A model generated the notes under the pieces. It searched no databases, was not told the origin of the DNA, and saw only the letters and a list, made by a program, of their open reading frames with translations. Below, one piece after another: positions 1 to 10,286 of a stretch of DNA of 40,617 bases. The translations under genes and the position numbers were made by a program. Source of the stretch: Catajapyx aquilonaris (Eukaryota); contig JYFJ02003570.1 in the NCBI GenBank assembly GCA_000934665.2, forward strand, positions 1 to 40,617. Direction: 5' to 3'. Numbering within the stretch: the stretch's first letter is position 1; the number at the start of each line of letters is the position of its first letter.

Positions 1-354
1 GAGCCGGAGCTGCAAATGTCGCAAATCGGAAATGAGGTGCACTTCAATGTGTGCTTGTAAGCTGCAGAGCCATGATCATGATCAGACCACTTGTATGCAT
101 GTTTTCTAGTTTGGCGACGTGGGTTTGGATGACAATGTTCGTGATTCATATTTAAAATGTGAGTCCACATGTTTCATTGTCCATTATTTTACTATACGCC
201 TATCGGGTTGACTGCCTGTCTCAATAATGTGCCTACACCCATCAATTAAACCATACGGATGTATGATCGGAGGCATGTGGTATATGGCCTAGGCCTATGC
301 GGTACATTCATTTTGGGGTGAAAGTGGTAAGTTATAAGTCCACGTGTGACTGCT

Positions 355-810
355 TCATCAAAGGTCAAAGGTCAAAGGTCAAAGTCGTGTTGAATGACAT
401 TTTAAAGGAAAACAAACACTGCTTCCGTCAGAAAATACTTTTGAACGACTTTGACCGTTTGACCTTTGACCTTGACCTTTGACCTCTACTCAAACCACCT
501 ATTTGACCTACATTTATGGTCTTTTATATTACCCGAAAAAATCAATCAAATCCGTTCAGCCGTTCCAGAGTTATGAAATATATTTGCATATTAATTATGG
601 ACATCGACAGCCATTTTGTTTTTGCTAATTACGAGGTCAAGCACTCAAAATTCGGCTTGGGAACCGGGCCTATCGGATTCAGCGCATTCTATTTATGTTA
701 GAAAATGTGGTTCCCAACTTCTACTCAAAAATGCACCTCACATGCTTATCCGAGGTCTTTTTTCGGAAATCCGTCTAGACTATATCCAGCGAAACCTAGA
801 CTAATAATAT
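355..810. mobile_element. Non-autonomous Helentron/DINE-like repeat fragment with (GGTCAAA)n / (TGACCTT)n inverted arrays
   Basis: aaggtcaaaggtcaaaggtc at 361-381 is mirrored by tgacctttgaccttgacctttgacct at 460-485. The motif aaatccgttcagccgttc (~548-566) resembles DINE/Lep1-type cores. The end acctagactaat (795-806) matches acctggactaat (~3984-3995). Boundaries are uncertain. Confidence 0.4.
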
Positions 811-1392
811 TTTGTCTGGACCCCTGTATAAAAAACTGTGAATATTCTAAGAAAACAATACATGTGGGTGCCTATATCAAATGGAAAACATAATCACACT
901 TACCTGTATGTGCGTGGTATTTACAACATAAAAAGGGTACACCTATCGGGCTGTTCAGTCCAATCTTCGTTTTTTTTGATAAGTCCGGATTTTTCTAACA
1001 ACAATTTTCATTTTCAAATTGAACAATAAACATTCTGTATTCATACAGCAATGTATGATTGATATATGGGTGCGTGAGGTTTTGTTCTTTCGAACGATAA
1101 ATCCGGGTTCAATAATTCTGATACATACGGGAAAACGATAAATCGAGGAAATACAGATCGAGGTTTCACTGAAATTCAGTAGGTTCATTGCATGTGTCAT
1201 TCTGAGTGGCGATAATATTACAAGGCAGGGTATTCGTAAAGGTAATTTTTGCGAGATTTTTCAGCCCCTCTCTTGTCTAAATTCCTGACTACCATAACCC
1301 CAACTAGAGTGCTCTCAGCATTCCTATAATATACCCTCTGGATAAGTTGCTTTCGGGCCGACCAACCAGTGAACCAGACCTTTGTGACTTAC

Positions 1393-1508
1393 CAGCCCAG
1401 GCCCAGGGCATGACCCCTGAGGTCAAGCAGGTTTCCTGCACCCCCTTTTTGGCAGCTATAATCCAGTCTCTGTGTCTCTTCCGCCGCTTTACTTTGGCGC
1501 GAGCATCC
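1393..1508 (-). CDS. Tentative downstream exon of the RRM gene (DARAKVKRRKRHRDWIIAAKKGVQETCLTSGVMPWAWA)
   Basis: Acceptor aatgcag| and strong donor |gtaagt; open in the frame required by the phase-2 end of exon 2449-2507. An alternative acceptor at ~1623 also gives an open but different frame, so this exon is unresolved. Confidence 0.35.
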
Positions 1509-2448
1509 CTGCATTACTAAAAGTACCTTTCCACTCTTCACCTTATTAGTTTCATCAGCTATTTCAAATGCTATTTTCCTGCATGGATATTTGACAGTCA
1601 CTGTTATTGCATGACAACACCACCTGCACAGGACGACTGCACAATAATTTAGGCGACAGGTCGGGAAAGCAATGGTTTACCCCCAGAGGCCACGAATAAA
1701 CATTCTTTGCAAAGCCGACCTTTTTCACTTAGCACCCCACCTGAGGGATGCTAGCACCGCGTTGCTCCACCAGTTTGTCAATTCCTGCAGGGGGTACCAG
1801 CTGAAAGGTTGTACCCAATTTTGACACTGATTGACTTGACATGTCAAGGCCATGATATCGAAATTCCCTTCCATTAGTAGGTTGACATATTATTCTGCAT
1901 CATTGACCTCCCATTGTTTGACCTTTGACCTGCAGACACAGAGTTCCTTGCTTGAATTGATCCGCTGACCTCTCAGCCCGCCCACGACAGATTTTCTCTA
2001 AAATGGCCAGACGTGACCTTCTGGCCCCTGCGGAGAGGCAGTGCAAATTCCACGAGGGTTCAAGAAATAGTTGGCGACCCAGGTCAGGTCAGGTCCACCC
2101 CCACCCGTTTTGCCCTATCATATAGCATGTAAAGAGTTCCTTGCTTCATTGACCCGCTGACCTACAAATATTGCCTGCAACGATGTTAACCAACAATATT
2201 AACAGATATAATGAGAAATTCTCTGCAGATAAGATGTAGTTGTAGTCTGAAGTAGCCTACGAAAAATTGTGACCCATAGAAGTTGGGTCATTCAAATGAA
2301 AACTGCATGACTTTGTCAGGTGTTAATCCTGGAATAAGCAGTTTGCTTTCTCTAATCTGGAATCAACCAGTCAATGACGACCGACCATCTCGTATATAAC
2401 TGCTTACTCCAGGCTTCAACACGTGCCAAAGACATGCAGTTTTCTTAC

Positions 2449-2507
2449 ATCAGTCGTACTGATGCGGCGATGGAATTGAAGTCGAAAGGAAATGAATTGA
2501 TTCCAAT
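2449..2507 (-). CDS. Probable exon of the RRM gene (IGINSFPFDFNSIAASVRL)
   Basis: ccttgcag|ATTGGA...CTGAT|gtaaga; phase-0 start matches the preceding exon; 59 nt, open. Confidence 0.5.
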
Positions 2508-2582
2508 CTGCAAGGCGCAAGTTCTTGATGGAGTCGAATTGAATTATTAATTCATTTTAAAATGAATTAATTTATGCCCATC

Positions 2583-2760
2583 ACTGTTCTTAACCTTTTC
2601 GTTCCTCCGCACCCTTTGAAGAAAGTTGTTGGTCCATGTCGCACCCCTTATACCAGGGGTGATTGATTAAGTTCATAGTTAGACTAACTTGTAAATCCAG
2701 AGGTGCACCTTGCTCGCACCCCCAGGGGAGCCACCTCGCACCCCAGGTAAAGAACCGCTG
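2583..2760. mobile_element. Short MITE (hAT-like) in an RRM gene intron
   Basis: Imperfect terminal inverted repeats tgttcttaacct ... aggtaaagaaccgctg, with internal gcacccc repeats. Confidence 0.45.
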
Positions 2761-2807
2761 CGCTGCCTTATATCTAATAAGCCAGAAATTGTTATTTAAA
2801 AACTCAC

Positions 2808-2882
2808 AGGTCCTGCTCCCGTTGTTGCCTGCTGCTTCGCAGATTGCAACGTGAGTTGCTTATTGCGGTAGATGATGGTACC
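2808..2882 (-). CDS. RRM gene exon completing the RRM (GTIIYRNKQLTLQSAKQQATTGAGP)
   Basis: Polypyrimidine tract tttcttcttgtttcccttcgcatcacag| and donor |gtgagt; 75 nt, phase 0/0. Supplies the expected loop and beta4 segment after helix 2 of the RRM. Confidence 0.78.
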
Positions 2883-3249
2883 CTGTGATGCGAAGGGAAA
2901 CAAGAAGAAATCCTGTAATCATGAAATATTGGAACCTCATGCAAATACCCGTATGCCATCCACCGCGTCGGATTAAAAATGGCGGACAAACCCGCCTTGG
3001 GCCGAAAATAACGGGTACAGAGCTGCTTAAATAACAGCTACATTCCAGACCAATAACAGTTATCCCAATATGCACACCGATCGGTTACATCTACCTCCTC
3101 TTGGCATAAGCCTATATGGTCTGAGCAATAGAGCTACAGCTATTAAGACGTGCACCAACGATAATAATATGGCAGCTTTTCGAGCACGATCACAAGTTGT
3201 GGTCACTCTTAAGTCTTAACCTTTTGTTCACAGCCACTGGCCCGCGCTG

Positions 3250-3995
3250 TGGGTAACTCGCAGGGTTGTCAGATCTTACGGACCCACAACATAGACCCTA
3301 CCTCTCTGCGAAGATCATGTGAATTGGGAGCTTGCATTCGGTGATACAAAACGTGAAACTCGCTACAATAGTTATTTGAACACATCTCAACATATCTGGA
3401 CGTGGGGCCACGGTGGTTGGCCCCTGGTGACCCCGCCAGGGGTCACTATCGCGGAGTTGACAAATCGAACATATGCTGCATACCTTTACCGCATGAATAA
3501 GGGCCTTGCATTCGGTGATAAAACACTGATAAAACATAAAACTCGCCCCAATTGGTCTTTGGACACTACTGAACATGTCTGGAAGAGGCCACTATATGGA
3601 TGACCACCACGAGTTTCACGTTTTTATTACCGAATGCAAGCTCCCAATTCACATGATCTTCGCAGAGAGGTGTGTTGGGTCCGTTAGATCTGGCAACCCT
3701 CCGAGTGACCCAAGCGGGGTCAGTTATCATGGCCCCACATCCAGACATGTTCAGAAGTGTCCAAAGACTAATTGTGGAGAGTTTCATGTTTTTTGTCACC
3801 GAATGCCAAGATCCTAAAGGATGCTTCATCCGCTTGTTATGGCAAGCCTGCGAAATGGACCTCCACCGGGGTGGGTCATCGTGGCCCTACGTCCAAATAT
3901 GATCAGAAGTGTCCAAGAACAAGTTTACCGAGTTTCGTGCTTTTGTCACAAAATGCAAAGTTTCGGCCAAATCTGTTCCTAGCACCTGGACTAAT
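3250..3995. mobile_element. Foldback/modular inverted-repeat element inside RRM gene intron 2883-4204
   Basis: 3301-3362 is a near-perfect reverse complement of 3610-3670. A ~80-90 bp module (gcattcggtga..aaactc..ggacac..acatgtctgga) occurs twice forward and three times reversed. Confidence 0.7.
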
Positions 3996-4204
3996 ATGAT
4001 TGTAGACCTGAGGTATGACGATCTTATAATTACGTCATGATTCATTCTGAATAATTATATCGAATCGGGCGAATATGTACGGTGGGCAAACTGTCGCTTG
4101 GCGAATGTGCATCGGGAGAAAATGATGGTATGATACCACTGTAATAGCTAACTGTAATTCCAAACAATAGTTTATGACTCTATTGGCTAAAGAATGAAGC
4201 TCAC

Positions 4205-4444
4205 CTGTTGGATTAGCTGCTCAGCTACCTTGGCGCACTTGAATGTCACAAATCCATTCGTGAGACCTTCGTGAGAGACTATTTCTACTGACCTCATGGC
4301 ACCAAATTGATGTAACAAAGCTGTCAGTGCTAACAAGTCCATGGTAGGAGGAATCCCTTTTAATACAACTTTTCCATCAGTGCTTCCACTGGTTGCTGCG
4401 GTCATTGTCAATCCCGCCAGCATTTTCGTCTCACCCGTTGCCAT
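4205..4444 (-). CDS. RRM-domain RNA-binding protein, main exon (divergent; loosely Boule/DAZ-like)
   Basis: tttcag|ATG...CAACAG|gtgagc, 240 nt, phase 0. Encodes KVVLKGIP (RNP2-like), ALLHQFGAMRSVEIV, and NGFVTF...AEQLIQQ (RNP1 plus helix 2). Confidence 0.82.
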
Positions 4445-4607
4445 CTGAAACAACAACATAATTATGATTATTACCGATATATTTACAAAGTTCAGTCAAC
4501 CTTACTGCATTAAGGGGGGGGGGGGATAAAGAGAATTTGGGAGTTAAGTTCTGGCTAACTAACAACAGCAGAACCGAGTTTTTTTTTGTTGTGTAAATGT
4601 AACTGAC

Positions 4608-4622
4608 CTCTCTCTTACACAT
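4608..4622 (-). CDS. Possible first coding exon of the RRM gene (MCKRE)
   Basis: ATGTGTAAGAGAGAG|gtcagt; splices in frame to the exon at 4444 across a 163-nt intron. Confidence 0.4.
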
Positions 4623-5544
4623 GTGTGATGTACTTTTCCCATATTCGTAATGTAGTATTTAAAAAGTCATTTGCATTCGGGAGTAATTTACGCCGTCATA
4701 AAATTTTAAGTGATGTAACAAGCACCCAAAAATGCGGAAAAATGAGGCCGGTGCTCCGGACCCGTGAGGACGATTTTTATGTCTAGCTATAACCTTTCGG
4801 CAAATAATAATTTTGTCAAAATTTGACTGATTTGAGAACTACTAGCACAGCTGTGCGCAACCGGTNNNNNNNNGGGGGGGGGGGGCGAATCCAACAATTA
4901 TGTGACTCGAAACAGGCGCAAAAGTCGCACTGATTAGGTAAGAACTACTTCTCAGGGCTTACTGTAGCGTGCAGTTCTACACAATTTGTGCAGGTTCTAA
5001 AAGCCAAAAGTGCAGTTTTGAATAAGGTTTTGTGCAGTCAGAAAATAGCAGACAAGTCTGTTGCACAATGCACGGATGTTCGCATCAGTGCTGCCAGCTC
5101 GCCAATTCCGTCTTTGTGACATTATATACCACTGTCACTGGCAATTTGCAACGTGTTACCACGGAGATAGCATGGCACCTGGTCGGAATTAGGCGCATGG
5201 TCGAAATATGGACCTCTTTGCCTACCAGCCATCGGCTAGTTTTCCACTTACGAGTACTCCGAAGATACGGACAAGATATTTTACACAAAATTACAGCTAT
5301 ACTTACCCGATCAGGGAAAACACTATGAATGTGTCTGGAACAATATATTTTCATTCTCTAGAAGTCCCAAAATTAATCTCCAAAAATGTCACTGTAAAAC
5401 TCGAAATTCGAGTACTTCCGGCCAACTACTTGGCTGATTTAATTATGAAATACATTAAAATGCACGGAATAACAATATTGACGAATGCCAGACGAATTTA
5501 CGGAAATCGTCATACTTTGTGAGAAATAAATATAATTTCTTATC

Positions 5545-5797
5545 TGCTGCTTTCCTGTTAAATCGGGAGGTCCCTGGGTTCGAGCCCCGGGGCCGGCAAC
5601 TCTAACCGTGGTTTTCTGTGGTTTCCCACGGTCCCTCCAGGAGAATTCCGGAGTTGTTTCCTAAATTAATAGGCCACAGCCGCCTCCTTCCTTCCCTATC
5701 ATATCCCAAAAAGCTAAGTAAAAATGTACGCAAGAGTCCCAGACAAAACAAAAATCCCCCCTAAAGAGCCGAAAAAGGCTGATAACGGGGTAAGATA
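5545..5797 (+). mobile_element. tRNA-derived SINE, family A (5' end degenerate)
   Basis: ctgttaa anticodon-loop-like segment (tRNA-Asn-like), B box ggttcgagccc (5577-5587), body gttttctgtggtttccc...ggccacagccgcctccttcc. A second copy lies inverted at 10068-10286. Confidence 0.75.
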
Positions 5798-7329
5798 CTA
5801 ATATAACAATAATATTATTATATATAATATTAAAATGCTTGCGTTGGGGGACCGAGCCCTCCGATTGGTCCGCCCTCTATTGTCACTGCCACCTCTTCCT
5901 ATTGGCCCCCGTCCATTGTTGCTGCGACATATCCATGACGCATTGTTACCACGACGCCTCCGATTGGCCCCCGTTCCGAGCATGCGCAATGGGGATGGAA
6001 CACGTCCAGTTGGATGTTGACCTCCGCGGGTGAAGGTCGCTTTTTTTTCGTCTCTCCCGCCGCCGTCATCGTCACGCCGGACCTTTTTCCCTTCCCCACC
6101 TACCATACCTGTCCCCCCTTCGCCGCGGGTCACTGGTGGTTATTGAAAAATGGCCGTAGGCACTGGTGGAGACGGGAGAATAATGTAAGTTCGAAATTCG
6201 AAAATTACCATTTGCTGATCGGGCTGCTTAGGAACTAACTTAGGACTACCCATGACGCCATGAGCGGTGCTTTCACAGATGGGAAGTACAGTACACTGTC
6301 TTCGAGGCACTTCTTTCAGTGTATAGTGTCGGAAACTGACTACCGTCGAATGCGTAGAATCGAACGTAAGAAGGCGGGTTGCAAATCTCACGCGTTCGAA
6401 TTATTAGCCTGGAACGTACTATATTGTTGGATTTCCAGACAGCCAACTGGCAGGTTTGTTTATACAGTCAGTGAAGGTTATTGAGTTGGCACAACTGGCA
6501 ACCAACAATAGAATCCAATTACACTTAACTCCCGATTATCAGGGTGCGGATAATACGTGCATCGCCATAATATAAAATTATGAACATTTACGTCCGAAAA
6601 AATGTCTCGAATTTTTATCCCACTGCTAGATAGTGCATACTGATAACTTAGCAGTGGTATGGAAATTCCAGCCAATATCAATATCAATATATGTCTCACC
6701 AACGAAAAAAAATATACCATACTTTCTCTAGAAGGCAAAGTAAAAATCTACGGTAAGCTTAATTTTTTGGATTAACCAAGCAGCATGCTCTTTGTACAGT
6801 AGTACATCAACAACCTGTGAATAGCTCCCTTTCCAGGATCATTCTCCGATTGTCCGAGTTTCCCAATTATCTGGCAACACCCGTGCAGTCATTAGCTTAG
6901 CTTAGATAATAATCGGGAGTACAGTGTACCTATGTGTACAGAGTGTAGGGTCTCCCAGCTGTATTGTTGTATAAACACTGGGTAAGCTCGGTTCGCCACC
7001 TTGAATCACAACCATCATTGGAACCACAGATGGGAACTGTATTTTTAAATTGCGCACCCTTTCGCAAGTTTTTGGCACGTTTCTGGGCCGTATCTTTCCT
7101 TCTTTTTGTTCAAAATTCGATGTAGGAGTGATATTAATGAATATCAACTTTGAGCCAAAATATTAATCATTTAAATTCGTGGTTGTCCTTTTGATTGTAA
7201 AATGCCGGAGAAAAATTCATATACAGGGTGTCCCGCAAAATAAACTTTTTAGAATCGTCCGGCTCTCAGAAAGTCGATAGGCCTCACAAGTTTACTCAGT
7301 GACTATGGTACATTGTTCTTATGGTTACA

Positions 7330-8043
7330 TAATATTACCACAACACTAGAGATGGGACTATCGATGTATCGGTGTCGATATATCGATGGTTTACTTGTGA
7401 ACTATCGATATATATATCGCCACTTCCCTATATCAATAGATCGGATATCGATGGCTCAAAATTCGATATTTCGGCTACGTATTGTAATAAAAAATTGGTA
7501 GGCTACTACTACTACTACTACTACTACTTACTAAATAACAGGGAGACGGAGTGGCGCCGCGGTAACGCGTGCGCCCACGGAAGTTAAGGTCCCGGGTTCA
7601 ATCCCCACCCGGGGTTCCCACCTTCTTTCGTGCAGAGTGAGACCGTCTCTGGCTTCGTTTCGGGTGGCGATCCTTTCACATATGCCACCCGGGGGAGTTC
7701 ACAAAACGGCACATCAACGACATTGCACACGCACTTTGCACATCCCCTCCTACCTACCCTTGGAACACACTAAATACTATCTTAGTATACCGGTTCCACC
7801 CAAATGGTGGTATTTCCACCCCCCTAAAGGAAATGTAANATAATATTACCACAACACTAGAGATGGGACTATCGATGTATCGGTGTCGATATATCGATGG
7901 TTTACTTGTGAACTATCGATATATATCGCCACTTCCCTATATCAATAGATCGGATATCGATGGCTCAAAATTCGATATTTCGGCTACGTATTGTAATAAA
8001 AAATTGGTAGGCTACTACTACTACTACTACTACTTACTAAATA
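7330..8043. repeat. ~205-bp direct duplication (7330-7538 / 7840-8043) across a 1-n gap; likely uncollapsed haplotypes
   Basis: Near-identical copies differing in (AT)n and (TAC)8 vs (TAC)7; n at 7839. Confidence 0.85.
7539..7838 (+). mobile_element. tRNA-derived SINE, family B (3' end cut by gap)
   Basis: A box tggcgccgcgg, B box ggttcaatcc; tail aaatggtggtatttccaccccctaaa shared with the SINE at 9226-9576. Confidence 0.75.
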
Positions 8044-8103
8044 ATTACATAATTATGATTTAATAAGCTAAAAATAATTGAGTTTTTTCTTTTACAATCC
8101 AAT

Positions 8104-8445
8104 CCTGTCTCATATGTGCATTATGCATATGTGAAGTTTTTGCAAGTTTTGTTTTACCATTGTAAATAATGGAACTAAGGGCCAGTTGCACCGACCCAAC
8201 AATGATTGCTATGGCAATCATTGTTATACCCGAGGTTCTAAGTTATACCTGGTTATACTGAGGTCGGTGCAACTGGCCCTAAGAGAAATGTTGATTTACC
8301 ACCTGGTGACTAAGAGCATCATTCTCTTTCTCCAGTGAAACTAACAATATAGCATCACTTTACTTTCATTATTTGTTACTGTGGAGAAATAAGTGCATAA
8401 AACTTACAAAAACTTCACATTTGCATAATGCACTTATGAAACAGG
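8104..8445. mobile_element. MITE with ~45-bp imperfect TIRs, nested in the hAT-like element
   Basis: cctgtctcatatgtgcattatgcatatgtgaagtttttgcaagtttt versus aaaacttacaaaaacttcacatttgcataatgcacttatgaaacagg. Confidence 0.65.
8179..8279. mobile_element. PIF/Harbinger (Tourist-like) MITE, 101 bp
   Basis: Perfect 18-bp TIRs gggccagttgcaccgacc / ggtcggtgcaactggccc, with a TAA TSD on both sides. Confidence 0.85.
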
Positions 8446-9225
8446 TTATATAATGTCAATAATTTCATGCCCATTAAATTATGATATACTGACTCTAATT
8501 AAACATTCAAATATACTGGTACTGATTTAAAACTAATCAAATTTTTTGTCATTTGAAACGAATACAAATTATGCCATGTGATGACTACATGTTGGTAACT
8601 CACTGTCAGTATTTATCTTGCCCTATTGTATTTGGAAATTAGTAACAGACAGGCCTACAATTTACTAATAAATGAGACATCAGCAATTTGTAGGGGGTGT
8701 TTTATTTCCAGAAAATCCATTTCTTTTTAATATGTTGATGTTATTGAGATAGTTAAGCTGCAGTGTAAATTAAAAATGTCCCTGTCAATTTTATAAGTAG
8801 CATTTCATCCCCAAGATTTCAAGAAAATTGCAAATAATGTATAGGCCTATGCAATATTATATTTCTGCTATGATTTTATTTGATCACCATCACTTAACAA
8901 AAAAAATGAATTATAATCATTCCTAAAAAAACATCTCGAAGCAAATCTTGTGTAAATAAGCAATGCTAAGCATGACAGAATGGGTGGCAGGTAAGTTAAA
9001 TAGCTCCCCTTGATGCGTAATGTGTCTTCTGATAAGCTGAAATCACTGTAATGTACTTTATTCCAATTTTCATTAAAATATCGATATAATATCGATAGTT
9101 GGGCTAACTATCGAGTACTAAATATATCACTGGGGGGGCAATATCGATATATCGAAACATCGATACTTTGTTGAAAAGTCCCATCTCTACGACAACACTG
9201 TACCTATGATAAACTCCCAAGGGTC

Positions 9226-9576
9226 GGGGAGGTGTAGATGGCCGAGATGGTAACGTCTGGGCTTGCTGAGTGAAAGGCCCCGCCAGGCTCGATCCCCGCC
9301 TGGGGAAGTTTCCTTTCACCTGCGTCAGGAGGGTCTCTGACCTGCACCAAGGAGGTGTCAGGCAACCTAACCTCCTGGGGAACAGCACTCAGCACATGGC
9401 CCCTTTACACATCTTGCACTTGCACCTATGTTCCCTCCCCAAAAATCCCTACTCCTCCCCTACATCTTTGACTCCTTGCACCGGATATTGAAGTTAAAAT
9501 CTAGAAAAATGGAGTGAAATGGTGGTATTCCACCCCCCTAAAAAGGCTCCGCCTTATCACGGGGTAACTTTTAAAA
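9226..9576 (+). mobile_element. Full-length tRNA-derived SINE, family C
   Basis: A box tggccgagatgg, B-box-like ggctcgatcccc; 15-bp TSD aaactcccaagggtc (9211-9225) / aaactcccaagagtc (9577-9591). Confidence 0.8.
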
Positions 9577-10067
9577 AAACTCCCAAGAGTCCATACTTTA
9601 CGAGGCACCCTGTACTGAGGGAACAAGTTTACATAAACGATCACGTGGGAACAACGTCGTGACCTTGGCATATACGACTCAACTTGGTGGGAACAGGGGG
9701 GAGGGGGGGGGTGGATCTGGAGTTGCCATGGTAGTTGAGTCACAATCCAAGAGATGGCAGGAGCATATTGAACCGGGTTTGGCACTGAAAAGTTCGCCTT
9801 CTCTATGCACATCCTCGAGGGCTAAATTCACAAACCATCAGGACATCGTAATATTATGATGTACTTAGCCGTCAAAAGTTTAATATAAGGTGGGGGGAGG
9901 TCGGGGGGAGGGGAGTATGAAGAGGATAATTGTTGGGTGAGCATCATTAAGAACATGGCCTACACCGCAGGCCTAGAAAGCAGCGAGCGAAGCGAGTGGT
10001 TTTCTAGGCCTGTGCCCTAGGAAAAGGCGAGCGGAGCGAGGATTTTCCTAGTTATAATTATAATTTG

Positions 10068-10286
10068 ATACCCCCATTATCAGCCTACCGGGCTTTCCTA
10101 GGGGGGGATTTCTACCAATTTTTTGTCTGGAACTCTTCCATTTTTACTATTTTTCTCATCATCGGAATGAAGCAGGGATAGGGAAGGAAGGAAGCGGCTG
10201 TGGCCTATGATTACGGTAACGACCCCGGAATTATCCTGCAAGGACCATGGGAAACCACAGAAAACCATGGTCAGGGTCGCCGGCCT
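10068..10286 (-). mobile_element. SINE family A copy (5' truncated)
   Basis: Reverse complement matches 5590-5795, including the gttttctgtggtttccc body and the ccccc..ggctgataa.ggggta tail. Confidence 0.75.

Larger units (their letters stand above)
7858..9189. mobile_element. hAT-like MITE with ATCGAT-rich subterminal repeats
   Basis: TIRs tagagatgggact / agtcccatctcta; flanking 9-mers ccacaacac (7849-7857) and cgacaacac (9190-9198); many atcgat motifs at both ends. Confidence 0.75.
7224..9612. mobile_element. Tc1/mariner-type MITE (TA TSD) expanded by nested insertions
   Basis: ta|cagggtgtcccgcaaaata at 7222, and reverse complement ta|cagggtgcctcgtaaagta ending at 9614. A similar TIR start occurs at ~11626. 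Confidence 0.5.
5813..10051 (+). mobile_element. Putative non-autonomous Helitron hosting nested insertions
   Basis: 5813-5990 matches the 5' part of the 221-bp Helitron at 25908-26128. 9970-10051 has a doubled gcgagcg(a/g)agcgag hairpin ending in CTAG|T, matching its 3' end. Joining the two ends into one element is inference. Confidence 0.55.

Noticed and set aside
3334..3960. CRISPR-like or coding interpretation of the modular repeats and their overlapping ORFs
   Set aside because: Modules occur in both orientations at irregular spacing, and the ORFs mirror one another because of the palindromy.
4866..4885. G-runs next to n gaps (also 21760-21782) as G-quadruplexes
   Set aside because: The sequence is unresolved at these gaps, so run lengths are unreliable.
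7541..7620. tRNA gene (also at ~5550 and ~9230)
   Set aside because: A/B boxes are present but the cloverleaf pairing is poor, and each continues into a SINE body and tail.
7372..8063. Duplicated poly-Tyr ORFs
   Set aside because: Produced by (TAC)n inside a MITE, and duplicated by the assembly seam.
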